Source: an uncultured Spirochaetota bacterium (GTDB lineage: Bacteria > Spirochaetota > Spirochaetia > SZUA-6 > Fen-1364). Taken from it: a DNA stretch of 64,000 nt. Numbering within the stretch: position 1 is the first letter of the stretch; every line of letters begins with the position of its first letter. This document shows, one piece after another, positions 30,844 to 40,216 of this stretch. The translations under genes were made by a program, and so were the position numbers. Below the pieces are notes generated by a model. That model searched no databases. It worked only from the letters and a program-made list of their open reading frames with translations, and had not been told where the DNA came from. The stretch is taken from assembly GCA_963734545.1 (NCBI GenBank), contig CAVTHO010000007.1, positions 512,001 to 576,000 on the forward strand. The letters are read 5' to 3'.

Positions 30844-31811
30844 AGCTCATCATCCAGGTCCCCTGCTACAACGAAGGTGCCACCCTTTCCGTTGCACTGG
30901 CAGAGCTCCCGCGCAAGGTGGAGGGATTTGACGAGGTGGAGTGGCTCATCGTCAACGACGGGAGCTCGGATGACACGGTGGAAGTGGCGCGCCGCGGCGG
31001 CGCTGATCACATCGTCAGCTTCAAGCGGAACCAGGGACTGGCGCGTGCCTACATGGCGGGGCTCAGGGCCTGCGTCGAGCTCGGCGCCGATGTCATCCTG
31101 AACACGGACGCGGACAACCAGTACTGCGCAGCGGATATCCCCGCGCTCGTCGCACCGATCATCGCGGGAAGCGCGGATATCGTCATCGGCGTCCGGCCCA
31201 TCAAGGCCATCCAGCATTTCTCAATGCTCAAAAAGGCACTCCAGCGGCTCGGGAGCAGCGTGGTTCGCTGGGTAAGCGGCACGACCGTGGAGGATGCGCC
31301 GTCGGGATTCCGGGCCGTCAGCCGTGACGCGGCCATGCGCCTGCACGTGTTCAACGAATACACCTACACCCTGGAAACCCTCATTCAGGCCGGGCGCAAG
31401 AACATGGTCGTTGCATCGGTGCCCGTGCGGGTGAATGCAGACATACGCCCGTCGCGGCTCGTGAAGAGCATTCCTGCCTACATCAAGAAATCCATCCTGA
31501 CGATGCTTCGAATTTTCGTTGTCTACCGGCCCTTTCGATTCTTCATGGTCGTCGGGGGAACCGTTTTTACACTCGGTATTCTCGTGGGCGTGCGCTTCCT
31601 CGCTTTCCTGATCTTCGGGGGCGGGGGAGGGCATGTCCAGTCCCTCATCTTCGCCGCCATCCTCCTGGGAATCGGGTTTCAGACCATGCTCACTGCCTTC
31701 CTCGCAGACCTGCTGGCCGTGAACCGCACACTCCTGGAGGAGATCGAGTACCGAAGCCTGAAAAGCGCAGAACTGCACACCCGGGAGCCAGGATCGCCGC
31801 CCCATCGCTGA
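30840..31811 (+). CDS. GT2 polyprenol-phosphate-sugar synthase (DPM1/AglD-like) with two C-terminal TMs
   Basis: Motifs IIQVPCYNE, NDGSSD, NQGLARA, NTDADNQY and DAPSGFRA. Confidence 0.85.
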   Translation: MKLIIQVPCYNEGATLSVALAELPRKVEGFDEVEWLIVNDGSSDDTVEVARRGGADHIVSFKRNQGLARAYMAGLRACVELGADVILNTDADNQYCAADIPALVAPIIAGSADIVIGVRPIKAIQHFSMLKKALQRLGSSVVRWVSGTTVEDAPSGFRAVSRDAAMRLHVFNEYTYTLETLIQAGRKNMVVASVPVRVNADIRPSRLVKSIPAYIKKSILTMLRIFVVYRPFRFFMVVGGTVFTLGILVGVRFLAFLIFGGGGGHVQSLIFAAILLGIGFQTMLTAFLADLLAVNRTLLEEIEYRSLKSAELHTREPGSPPHR

Positions 31812-31842
31812 GCTCTCAGCGGGTGGCCGCTGTCCGCAATAT

Positions 31843-33066
31843 TCACCAGGAGCTCAACAGATCCTGCAGCCCGTTCTTCATTCGCGCAAACGAAAACCTT
31901 TTGACGTAGTCTTCCTTCACGTTCCCCGCCAGGCGCGTGCGCAGCTCCCCATCGGAGATGAGTCGTTTCAAAGCCCTGGCCATTTCGTGATGATCGCCAG
32001 CGGGTACAAGGATGCCGGTGACATCGTTGATGAAATCCTCGGGAATGCCGTCGCAGAGGGTTGTGAGAATCGCAGTCCCTTTTTTCATGGCTTCCAGAAG
32101 AGAGATCGCGCCGCTCCCTTCTTCCACCGAGGGAAGGACGTAGATATCAGTGTGGTCGAGAAGCTTGTCCACTGAATCGACAAAGCCGGGGAACGCGACA
32201 AGATCATGCAGACCGAGTTTTTCTGCGAGCCTTTTGTTCTGCCGCAGGAACACGCCGCTGCCGGCAACGATGCACCTGAAGGAGAGACCACTTTCCCTTA
32301 CGATTCTGACCGCCTTGAGAAACGTGTTGATCCCTTTTCTTGGGTCCTGGCGGCAGAGCACCGTGACGGTCGGAACCCCGTCACCCGAGACCGCCTGGCC
32401 AGCGGCCTCGATGTCCGAATCCCTTTCGTAGAGCTCGATGTAATACGGTACCTTGACGACTTTTTCCGGTTGAAGCCCCGGGAATTCCTTCAGGAGTATG
32501 GTGCGTGTCGAGTCGTAATGGACGACGACTCTGTCAGCGCGGCTCAGCATCCGTCGTTCCACGGGAGAGTAGACGATGCGGGCAAAGAGATATGCCAGCC
32601 TGATTTTCATCGCCTGTCCAAACCCGTAATCTGCCGCGGGTGAGCCGATGATGTGACCCCGGTACTCGTGCCGGTGGGTGGTGAAATACCCGACAAGGGT
32701 TTTTACCGGGAGGCTGCCCCGGGACAGCTTCTTTTTCAGCTTCGCGCCCGCAATTCCCCAGATGCCGGCGCTGTACGTCACAATCTCGTCCGGTCTGAGC
32801 CGATCGATGAGGGCCGTCATCCTGGCGACAAAGAGAGAGGCCGCCGGAATCGAGCCCAATCCCAGCAGGCGCGAAAAGGGATTGACGAAATGGACCAGGG
32901 TCGCAAACCCCAGATCCATCTCTTCCTCGCGATCGCTGAACCCGAGGATAAAGACCTTGTAGCCCATGGAGTCCAGGATCCTGGCGACATTGTACGAGTA
33001 TGCCCCCAGACCGCCGGGTATGGTGATGGGCGATTTGCCGCTTATGACAAAAGCGACCCTGCTCAC
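31843..33066 (-). CDS. GT4 glycosyltransferase
   Basis: GTG start overlapping the upstream stop. Motifs PGGLGAY, RQDPRKG and LPSVEEGSGAISLLEAM. Confidence 0.85.
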   Translation of the reverse strand: MSRVAFVISGKSPITIPGGLGAYSYNVARILDSMGYKVFILGFSDREEEMDLGFATLVHFVNPFSRLLGLGSIPAASLFVARMTALIDRLRPDEIVTYSAGIWGIAGAKLKKKLSRGSLPVKTLVGYFTTHRHEYRGHIIGSPAADYGFGQAMKIRLAYLFARIVYSPVERRMLSRADRVVVHYDSTRTILLKEFPGLQPEKVVKVPYYIELYERDSDIEAAGQAVSGDGVPTVTVLCRQDPRKGINTFLKAVRIVRESGLSFRCIVAGSGVFLRQNKRLAEKLGLHDLVAFPGFVDSVDKLLDHTDIYVLPSVEEGSGAISLLEAMKKGTAILTTLCDGIPEDFINDVTGILVPAGDHHEMARALKRLISDGELRTRLAGNVKEDYVKRFSFARMKNGLQDLLSSW

Positions 33067-34175
33067 GATGAGCTCTCGAAGACAACGGAAAAATCCGAAG
33101 AGGCCCTGAGAAACTGAAGCCCGCGGAATGAGGTGCCGGCGAACGTCAGCGTGCCGCGAACGTGATTGTCCAGTCCGCGCAGCCAGACGGCCACTGGCAG
33201 ATTGTCTATCGCGCAGTCCTGAATGCGAATGGAGACAGGCACGACCTGAGCGCCGAGATTCGATAGAACGAGAAGGATTCCGACTCCCGCGTTGCCCGCG
33301 ATCCGGCAGCCTCGCACGATACAATCCTCGAAGCCGGGATCATTCCCGTTGGGTTCGAAATCTATGCCTGACATGGGCAGGGTTCCCGATGTCCCCGAGA
33401 TCTGGCTGTCCTCGATGAGAAGGCGGCGGGCGGAAATGACGCTCACTCCCTGCCGATAGCTGTCCAGGATTTCGAGATCCTGGAGCGTGAGGTCCTCGCA
33501 AGGCACACGGCCATCCGGGCCGTTCTGGATGCCGACGTAGATCGCATCCCCCCCCGCGCTCTCGATTCGAAGCCCGGCGATGCGCGCCCGTGCAACCCCA
33601 TGCAGGGAGATTGCGTGACGCCATTCGCCCTGCTCGTACGGCCTTTTCTGGTAGTCGCTTTTCCTCATTCGGAGAGTGGCCCCGTAGCCGAGAATTGCGA
33701 AGTCGGCCGCGCCGTGAGCCTGGATAAGGCAATCCCCGGCGCTTCGAAACGCACCTTTTGCGGCAAGGACAAGGACGCCCGGCTCGAGCGCAAGCTCCAC
33801 TCCACCGGAACGAAGATCGAGGGTGCGTGAGAGGATCCATGGACCTGCCATGAGGGGCACGACGATGGTTCTGGCCCCTGAATCTATCGACGCCTGGAGA
33901 GCATCGGTAGCGTCCGCTGGATTGTAGCCCCACCACGCGGCACTCACGGCAGCGCCCTCGGGAGGTCCGGCTATCCATCCCGGCGGCCGACGCTCGCGTG
34001 ATCCACCGGCGGATTCCCAGGTGGAAATGAGAGACGCAACGCGCGCCGCATACACGGCGTCACTGGTGCTCGACCTGGCCGACATGCGCGGTGGTGAAGC
34101 TCCCGCGCAGGCAGCAAGCAGCACTGTGAGAGCGAGCAGCGCGGCTGTTCGTAATTGCCTTGAAACATGACCCAT
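33063..34175 (-). CDS. Right-handed parallel beta-helix (pectate-lyase-like) lipoprotein
   Basis: Signal peptide with LAAC lipobox, DATDALQASIDSG cap, and repeated beta-helix rungs (GGDAIYVG, RQGVSVIS, GIDFEPN). Confidence 0.75.
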   Translation of the reverse strand: MGHVSRQLRTAALLALTVLLAACAGASPPRMSARSSTSDAVYAARVASLISTWESAGGSRERRPPGWIAGPPEGAAVSAAWWGYNPADATDALQASIDSGARTIVVPLMAGPWILSRTLDLRSGGVELALEPGVLVLAAKGAFRSAGDCLIQAHGAADFAILGYGATLRMRKSDYQKRPYEQGEWRHAISLHGVARARIAGLRIESAGGDAIYVGIQNGPDGRVPCEDLTLQDLEILDSYRQGVSVISARRLLIEDSQISGTSGTLPMSGIDFEPNGNDPGFEDCIVRGCRIAGNAGVGILLVLSNLGAQVVPVSIRIQDCAIDNLPVAVWLRGLDNHVRGTLTFAGTSFRGLQFLRASSDFSVVFESSS

Positions 34176-34219
34176 GACAAGCTACCCTTTGAGTATACCA
34201 TGATCTCTACGAGCATTTC

Positions 34220-35726
34220 ATGATCCTTTTTCGAATTGCGATGCGCAACCTCCTCCGTCGCGGGGGCAAGAACCTTGTCGTGGCAATTCTCATTGCGGTC
34301 GGTGTGGCCGCTTTTTTTGTCAGCAACTCCGTGCTGGAAAGCTCGATAGGCGGGATCCAGCACGCCTTCGGGGACAATTTCACCGCCGACCTGTCCATCA
34401 GCCAGCGCAGCGAGCAGTCTTTCAGCCTGTTCGGCCCCGACATTCCCGTGATCGGGGACTACGCCGCGGCGCCTCTGCTTGTGAACGCCTCCGATATCGG
34501 CGCGCGTGTCGCGCACGAACCGGGCGTGGCGCGCACTGCCTACGTTCTTTCATCGCCTCTCCTGGTGGAGGCCGGAGGCGCCCGCGACACCGGGCTGGCT
34601 CTCGGAGTCATCGGCGACGAGTACTTTTCGCTCTTCCCAGGGCCGCAGTTCACGGTCGGCGCTCCGCCTGCCAGGGGGAGCACGGGATGGATAGTGCTCA
34701 CCGAGGAATGGGCGGCAAAGATTGCGGCCGCACAGGGGCACCCTCCGGTGCCCGGCGACAAGGTGCAGCTCTCCTACTTTGGAAATCAGACTTTCACGAT
34801 CAGGGAGGTGATCCTGGCCGGTGTCATCAAGTACCAGCCTGCCAGCGACTTCCTCGGGCAGGTGATCATAGTGGATGGCCGGACCCTCCGGACGCTCTGC
34901 GGCTACGCGCAAACCGACGAACAACCCGCGCTCGAGACAAAGAGCCCGCTGCCCCGACAGGCGCGGGCGCAGGGTCAGGCGACGTCGATTCGCTCTTCTC
35001 ATCGGAATCGACTCTTCCCCCCGTCAGTGACAAGTCCGACCTGTCGTCCGCACCGGTAAGCCTGGAAGAGCTCAAGAGAATGATGAGGGAGGCGCGTCGC
35101 GCCGGAAACGCCGCGGAAGTCCCCCCGCTCGGCCATCAGGGCGCCTGGCATTTCATACTCGTGAGGACCGTGCCGGGCGCTGACAAGGGACGCGTCGCGA
35201 ATTCGCTGCGAAAGGAACTTTCCGCCGCGGGTCTCGCGGTGCAGGTGAGAGACTGGCGCGGGACTGCCGGCGCCGTCGCTCTCTACGTCTTTCTCATGCA
35301 GATCGTGCTCTACGTCGGTCTGTTCATGGTTGGCGGGATCGTCGTCATCCTGACGATGAACTCGCTGGTCATGTCCGTCTTCGAGCGCACCGCGGAGATC
35401 GGCACCATGCGCGCGATCGGCGCGCGGCGTGGATTCATTCGGAGGCTGTTCATCGTCGAGACGATCGCCCTGACCCTCACCTCGGGTGTCGCGGGCATTC
35501 TCCTTGGCGCAGGCGTGGTGATGCTTATCAACCGGGCCGGCTTTCGATTCAATAATCAGATTCTCAGTCCTCGTGTTCGGAGGCACCTCCCTTCATGCCG
35601 GCGACCTCGAGCGGCAATTTCGCGCTGTCGTTCGTCGCCTCGCTCGTCCTCGGCGCGGTGGCATGGGTATACCCTGTGCGCCTGGCTCTCCGGATCCCCC
35701 CCGTGCGCGCGATACACACCGCATGA
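34220..35726 (+). CDS. MacB/FtsX/LolE-like ABC permease 1; apparent frameshifts near 34950, 35568 and 35598
   Basis: N-terminal IAMRNLLRR, SVFERTAEIGTMRAIGA, and a C-terminal YPVRLALRIPPVRAI in a third frame whose stop overlaps the next ATG. Confidence 0.8.
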
Positions 35727-36946
35727 TGACCGGGACCACGCTGCAGATCGCCTTTCGGAATTTCACGCGAAACAGCCGCCGTTTCATCCTGCTCGGCCTG
35801 GCCGCCTCCGCCGGTTTCTTCTTCGTCTGTACCGTGCAGAGCCTCGTTGCCGGTCTTTCGAGCCAGATCAGCACGCGCGGCGCGCGATACTACGGCGGGC
35901 ACGTGATCGTCAGCAGGGTCGAGGATTCCGCGCCCGGCATGACGACCGCTGCAGAGGACCGTTTCCTCAGGGAGGCGATTTCCCGGGCAGGAATTCACGC
36001 TGCCGCGATTTCACACCGGACCCATCTCGGATCGCGTGGAGTCGTCTTTTCCAACGGCGAGTCGGTGAAGATTCGTCGCGTCATCGGCATGGACTGGTCC
36101 ACCGAAGGCGCCAAGATTCGTGGGCTGCAATTCGTGTCCGGAAAGCCCGACGAGATGAGCGACCCAGGCGGCGCTCTGATCTCCGACGTGACCGCGCGAC
36201 TGCTGGGCGCCCGGGTCGGCGACCAGCTCATCCTGCAGGTAAACAGGGACGCGGGCGCGCTCAACACTGTTCCGCTGTGGGTGAAGGCCATCTTTCGAGA
36301 GGTGAGCATCTTCGGGTACTACACCGTGTACATGGATCGCGCCGTCCTCAACCAGGCACTCGGCAAAAACGCTGATTACAGCAGCACCATCGGTGTCTAT
36401 CTCGATGATTACCGAGCGGCGGACGGGAGCGCGTCACGCCTGCTCAAGGCTCTGGATGGCCGCTATACGGCCGCGCCGGTGGTGAGCTTCATGCCGGAGA
36501 TCAGCACGATGCTGAGGGCCCTCACCCTGGTCAGCTACGGCATCCTTGCGCTCCTGTCGATTGTGATTGCCGTCGGAATCCTCAACATGTACCGTGTGAT
36601 CATCTACGAGCGCACCCGGGAGATCGGCACGATGCGCGCCATCGGCATTCAGAGGACCCAGGTGCGAAACATCATCCTCAGCGAGGCCTTTTTCCTTGCG
36701 CTGTGCAGCATCGCGGCCGGGCTGACCTTGAGCATTCTCGCGCTATCTGCTGTTTCCCGGATCCAGTTGAGCGGCGCCGCCGGCTTCGACATCTTTCTGG
36801 ACCGTGGACATCTGAGTTGGGTGCTGTATCCTGACAATGTCGCAGTCGATGCCGTGCTCATCACCCTGATCACCCTTTTTGGCGCCCTGGGACCGGCCCG
36901 ATCTGCCCAGCCGATCGAGCCCGTGGTTGCCATCCGCGCCGAATGA
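35723..36946 (+). CDS. MacB/FtsX/LolE-like ABC permease 2
   Basis: Motifs IAFRNFTRNSRR, ERTREIGTMRAIG and PARSAQPIEPVVAIR. Confidence 0.85.
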   Translation: MMTGTTLQIAFRNFTRNSRRFILLGLAASAGFFFVCTVQSLVAGLSSQISTRGARYYGGHVIVSRVEDSAPGMTTAAEDRFLREAISRAGIHAAAISHRTHLGSRGVVFSNGESVKIRRVIGMDWSTEGAKIRGLQFVSGKPDEMSDPGGALISDVTARLLGARVGDQLILQVNRDAGALNTVPLWVKAIFREVSIFGYYTVYMDRAVLNQALGKNADYSSTIGVYLDDYRAADGSASRLLKALDGRYTAAPVVSFMPEISTMLRALTLVSYGILALLSIVIAVGILNMYRVIIYERTREIGTMRAIGIQRTQVRNIILSEAFFLALCSIAAGLTLSILALSAVSRIQLSGAAGFDIFLDRGHLSWVLYPDNVAVDAVLITLITLFGALGPARSAQPIEPVVAIRAE

Positions 36947-37767
36947 AGAGGAGCAGTATGCGAATGCCGTCCCCTGCAGCGCGACTCTGCCTGTTCCTGG
37001 CCATTGCGGCAGTCGCATTGGTGTTGCCCCGTGCGATGGAGGCGCAGGCTGCCGGCAGCCCTCCTGATTTTGTCCAGCTTCTCAGGAAAGCCGACTCCCT
37101 TGTGACATTTCCCGATTCTGATTTTTCCGCCCAGTATACATTCGTGCAGGAATCTCCCGGCCAGGGGACGAGCACCAAGCAGGCCATGGTGTTCCGGCGG
37201 GACAGGGACAACACGTACCTCATCGTCATCGTGAAGCCGGAGGAAGACAAGGGCAAGGGCTACCTGAAGTCCGGGAACAACCTCTGGTTCTACGACCCTG
37301 TATCGCGCCGCTTCACATTCACGAGCGCGAAGGATCGATTCCAGAACATGAACGCCCGCAACTCGGACTTCACGCGATCCAACCTCGCGGGGGACTACAA
37401 GGTGACCGGCTCCACCCGCCAGAAGCTGGGCAAGTACGACTGCTGGCTCCTGGACCTCCAGGCGACAAGTGACGATATCACGTTTCCGAAAATGAAGATC
37501 TGGATAGACGACGACGGTCTCGTGCGCAAGACAGAGGATTACAGCTACTCCGGCCAGCACGTGAGAACAGTGGCCTTTCCCCAGTATCAGCAGATCGGCA
37601 CCCGGTACATCCCGCAGACGGTTGTCATTTTTGACGAGCTGCGCGGCGCCACGATCAATGGCACGTTCGTCAAGGAGCAGACCACCTACACGATCGCTCG
37701 CCCGTCACTCGAACGCCTGCCTGATGCGACATTCACAAAAATATGGCTGGAAAAGCTCGGTGAATAA
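36943..37767 (+). CDS. LolA-like 'outer-membrane lipoprotein-sorting' periplasmic protein
   Basis: Signal peptide. Motifs KGKGYLKSGNNLWFYDP..RR, NSDF, KMKIWID and LPDATFT. Confidence 0.8.
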   Translation: MKRSSMRMPSPAARLCLFLAIAAVALVLPRAMEAQAAGSPPDFVQLLRKADSLVTFPDSDFSAQYTFVQESPGQGTSTKQAMVFRRDRDNTYLIVIVKPEEDKGKGYLKSGNNLWFYDPVSRRFTFTSAKDRFQNMNARNSDFTRSNLAGDYKVTGSTRQKLGKYDCWLLDLQATSDDITFPKMKIWIDDDGLVRKTEDYSYSGQHVRTVAFPQYQQIGTRYIPQTVVIFDELRGATINGTFVKEQTTYTIARPSLERLPDATFTKIWLEKLGE

Positions 37768-39154
37768 GGTAAGAAGACTCGGGATCGGACGCGTGGGCCT
37801 GCGCCGGCCCGCGCTTGCGGCATTGCCGTTCTGTTTGCTCTGCGCGGGGCTTTCCGCGCAGACCCAGCCGGTTTCCGGCGACCCGGACAGCCTTTTCAAC
37901 GATGGCGCTGCCCCTTCTCCGCCGTCCTCCGACCAGCCGCCGGAAGCCGTGCCGCCGGCTCCCGCGTCGACGCGGCCGGACGACCTTACGCGCGATGATA
38001 AAATTCACTTTTTCGGGTCTGTCGACATCTATGGCCTCTCCGGGCTCGGATGGTCGCAGTTTCCGCCGCTGAGTCGACCCGGCGATAATCTGGGGACCGA
38101 TCTCGGCGGCTCCCTGACCACGAGCCTCGGATTCGAAGTGCGGCCTGCAAGCGAGCTCCGGATCCGCGGCACGCTGAGCTACTATTTCCCCGGCTCGGGC
38201 CCCTTGTTTTCCGAAATGATCGTCGACTATTCCGTTCTGAACACCGTCTTCTTCCGGATCGGGACTTTCGCCTACACCTGGGGCAACTCCCAGTTCTATC
38301 AGTTTGCCAACCTGCCGGCCCGCAGCCTCCCGGAGTGGGGGACGACGAGTGTGCCTTTCTGGGAAAAGACCAATCTCATCACCCGCACAATCCCGGAGTC
38401 AGTGCCGGTGTCGATGAAAATGAACGTGCCATTCGGATTGAACGGGCTCACATTCCTGGCCCGGTTCGACCTGGAAAATTACTTCCCGAATCCATCCGCG
38501 CCCAGCCCGAAGTACGCGGGCTACGGTCTTCAGTACGACCTGGTGACGGGTCCCATCGAGTGGAGCATCGCCGGCTTCTGGCAGTATCTCCTCACTCCTC
38601 GAACTTTCCTGGCGATGAAGACGAGCGCGGGCGGTTTCGACCTCTCCGCGGAAATGACAATGGCGTTCCCCGTGAAGTTCTCACCCGCGGGCATTTCCCG
38701 CATCAGCACGACGGGCGGAGGAATATTCGTGGGCGGCGTCCTGCAGCGCATCTATCCCACCGCGGTGGTCGGGCTGTCGCGGGAATGGCCGGACGCGCAC
38801 GTCAAGTTCTATGCGGAATATGCATTCAACGGTGAGCGTGACCCGGGCACCCCCTGGCTTGCTGACGCGACCGGGCCGGGGGGCCACAATTCGGCGGCCG
38901 GCGTCCGGTTCACCAGCCTGGGCCCGGCAGGTCTCGCCTTCAATCTGCTCTGGCAGCAGAACTGGTCGGATGGATCGGCCCTTATCGCGCCGTTTCTCGA
39001 GCTCTCCCCCGTTGACCTTGTCACGATTCAGATCGGACTCCCGATTATCTTCGGCCCTGACGACGGCGAGGTCCTCGGCAATCGTCTGGTGCCCGGCGGC
39101 AAGCGCTTCGAGCTCCTCATTCTCGTGAAGCTCAGCGCCAGCTTTCGACAGTAG
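37760..39154 (+). CDS. Predicted outer-membrane beta-barrel protein
   Basis: Signal peptide (..AGLSA-Q), Pro-rich linker, many amphipathic strands (LTTSLGFEVRP, LRIRGTLSYYF, GYGLQYDL, FYAEYAFNG), and a final strand LILVKLSASF. Confidence 0.55.
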   Translation: MNKVRRLGIGRVGLRRPALAALPFCLLCAGLSAQTQPVSGDPDSLFNDGAAPSPPSSDQPPEAVPPAPASTRPDDLTRDDKIHFFGSVDIYGLSGLGWSQFPPLSRPGDNLGTDLGGSLTTSLGFEVRPASELRIRGTLSYYFPGSGPLFSEMIVDYSVLNTVFFRIGTFAYTWGNSQFYQFANLPARSLPEWGTTSVPFWEKTNLITRTIPESVPVSMKMNVPFGLNGLTFLARFDLENYFPNPSAPSPKYAGYGLQYDLVTGPIEWSIAGFWQYLLTPRTFLAMKTSAGGFDLSAEMTMAFPVKFSPAGISRISTTGGGIFVGGVLQRIYPTAVVGLSREWPDAHVKFYAEYAFNGERDPGTPWLADATGPGGHNSAAGVRFTSLGPAGLAFNLLWQQNWSDGSALIAPFLELSPVDLVTIQIGLPIIFGPDDGEVLGNRLVPGGKRFELLILVKLSASFRQ

Positions 39155-39160
39155 TCCGCG

Positions 39161-40171
39161 ATGGCCGGCAGAGTGATTGCGATCATCGGCGGCGCGGGCT
39201 TTATCGGGACCGAGCTCGCCCGACAGCTTCTCCAGAAAGGCGAGACGGTGCGCATCGTCGACAAAAGGACGAGCGCGATGTACCCGGCCCTGTGCCGCAC
39301 CGCCGACGTGCGGGATATTCCCGCGCTGCAGGCGGCGCTCCAGGGCGTCGAAGTCGTATACAATCTTGCCGCGGAACACAAGGACAACGTGAGGCCGCGC
39401 GAACTCTACGACGAGGTGAACGTCCAGGGCGCGAGGAATGTCTGCCGGATCGCCGCGGAGCAGGGCATCCCCGCGATCGTCTTCACGAGCTCTGTCGCGG
39501 TCTACGGGTTTGCCGCGCCGGACACGGATGAACAAGGGCCCCTTGTTCCGTTCAACGACTACGGACGCACCAAGAGGGAAGCGGAAGAGGTCTACCAGGA
39601 ATGGCGGGCAGGCGGCACGGGACGAAAGTTGACGATCGTGCGGCCGACAGTCGTATTCGGCCCGCGGAACAGGGGGAATGTCTACAACCTTCTCAGGCAA
39701 ATGGCGTCAGGGCGATTCGCGATGGTCGGCTCCGGACAGAATGTGAAGTCGATGGCATTCGTCGAAAATGTGGCGAGTTTTCTTGCGGCTGCCGCCACAT
39801 ATGGACCCGGCGGACATCTTTTCAATTACATCGACAAGCCCGACCTGTCGATGAACGAGCTGGTCCTGCTCGTGAAGCAGTGCCTCGGATTGCCCGCGCG
39901 CATAGGATTGCGGGTCCCTTATCCGGTGGCCTACCTGGGGGGGCTTGCCGCGGATCTCGCCTCGAAGGCCACCGGCAGAGAGCTTCCGATTAGCGCTATC
40001 CGGGTAAAGAAGTTTTCCGCCACCACTCAATTCAGATCTTCGCGCGTTGCCGCAACCGGGTTCGTGCCGCCCGTGCCGCTTCGTGAGGGGCTTGCGCGCA
40101 CGATCACCTACGAGTTTCTTGGAGGCCGGGAGCGTGACTCCGGGCCTGAAACGCTGTTCGAGAGCGAGTAG
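39161..40171 (+). CDS. gnu: Gnu-like Und-PP-GlcNAc 4-epimerase (extended SDR)
   Basis: LAAEHKDNV, FTSSVAVYG, PFNDYGRTK, RNRGNVYNLL, KSMAFV, NYIDKPDL, RVKKFSATTQF and the terminal FESE match E. coli Gnu as recalled. Confidence 0.75.
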   Translation: MAGRVIAIIGGAGFIGTELARQLLQKGETVRIVDKRTSAMYPALCRTADVRDIPALQAALQGVEVVYNLAAEHKDNVRPRELYDEVNVQGARNVCRIAAEQGIPAIVFTSSVAVYGFAAPDTDEQGPLVPFNDYGRTKREAEEVYQEWRAGGTGRKLTIVRPTVVFGPRNRGNVYNLLRQMASGRFAMVGSGQNVKSMAFVENVASFLAAAATYGPGGHLFNYIDKPDLSMNELVLLVKQCLGLPARIGLRVPYPVAYLGGLAADLASKATGRELPISAIRVKKFSATTQFRSSRVAATGFVPPVPLREGLARTITYEFLGGRERDSGPETLFESE

Positions 40172-40216
40172 GGCTCGAGATAGATATGTCGCAGATTCAG
40201 AAAGGGGAAATGAAAA

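Noticed and set aside
34687-36375. 562-aa ORF spanning both permeases
   Set aside because: Only about 34950-35568 is real permease 1 sequence; the rest is out-of-frame read-through caused by indels.
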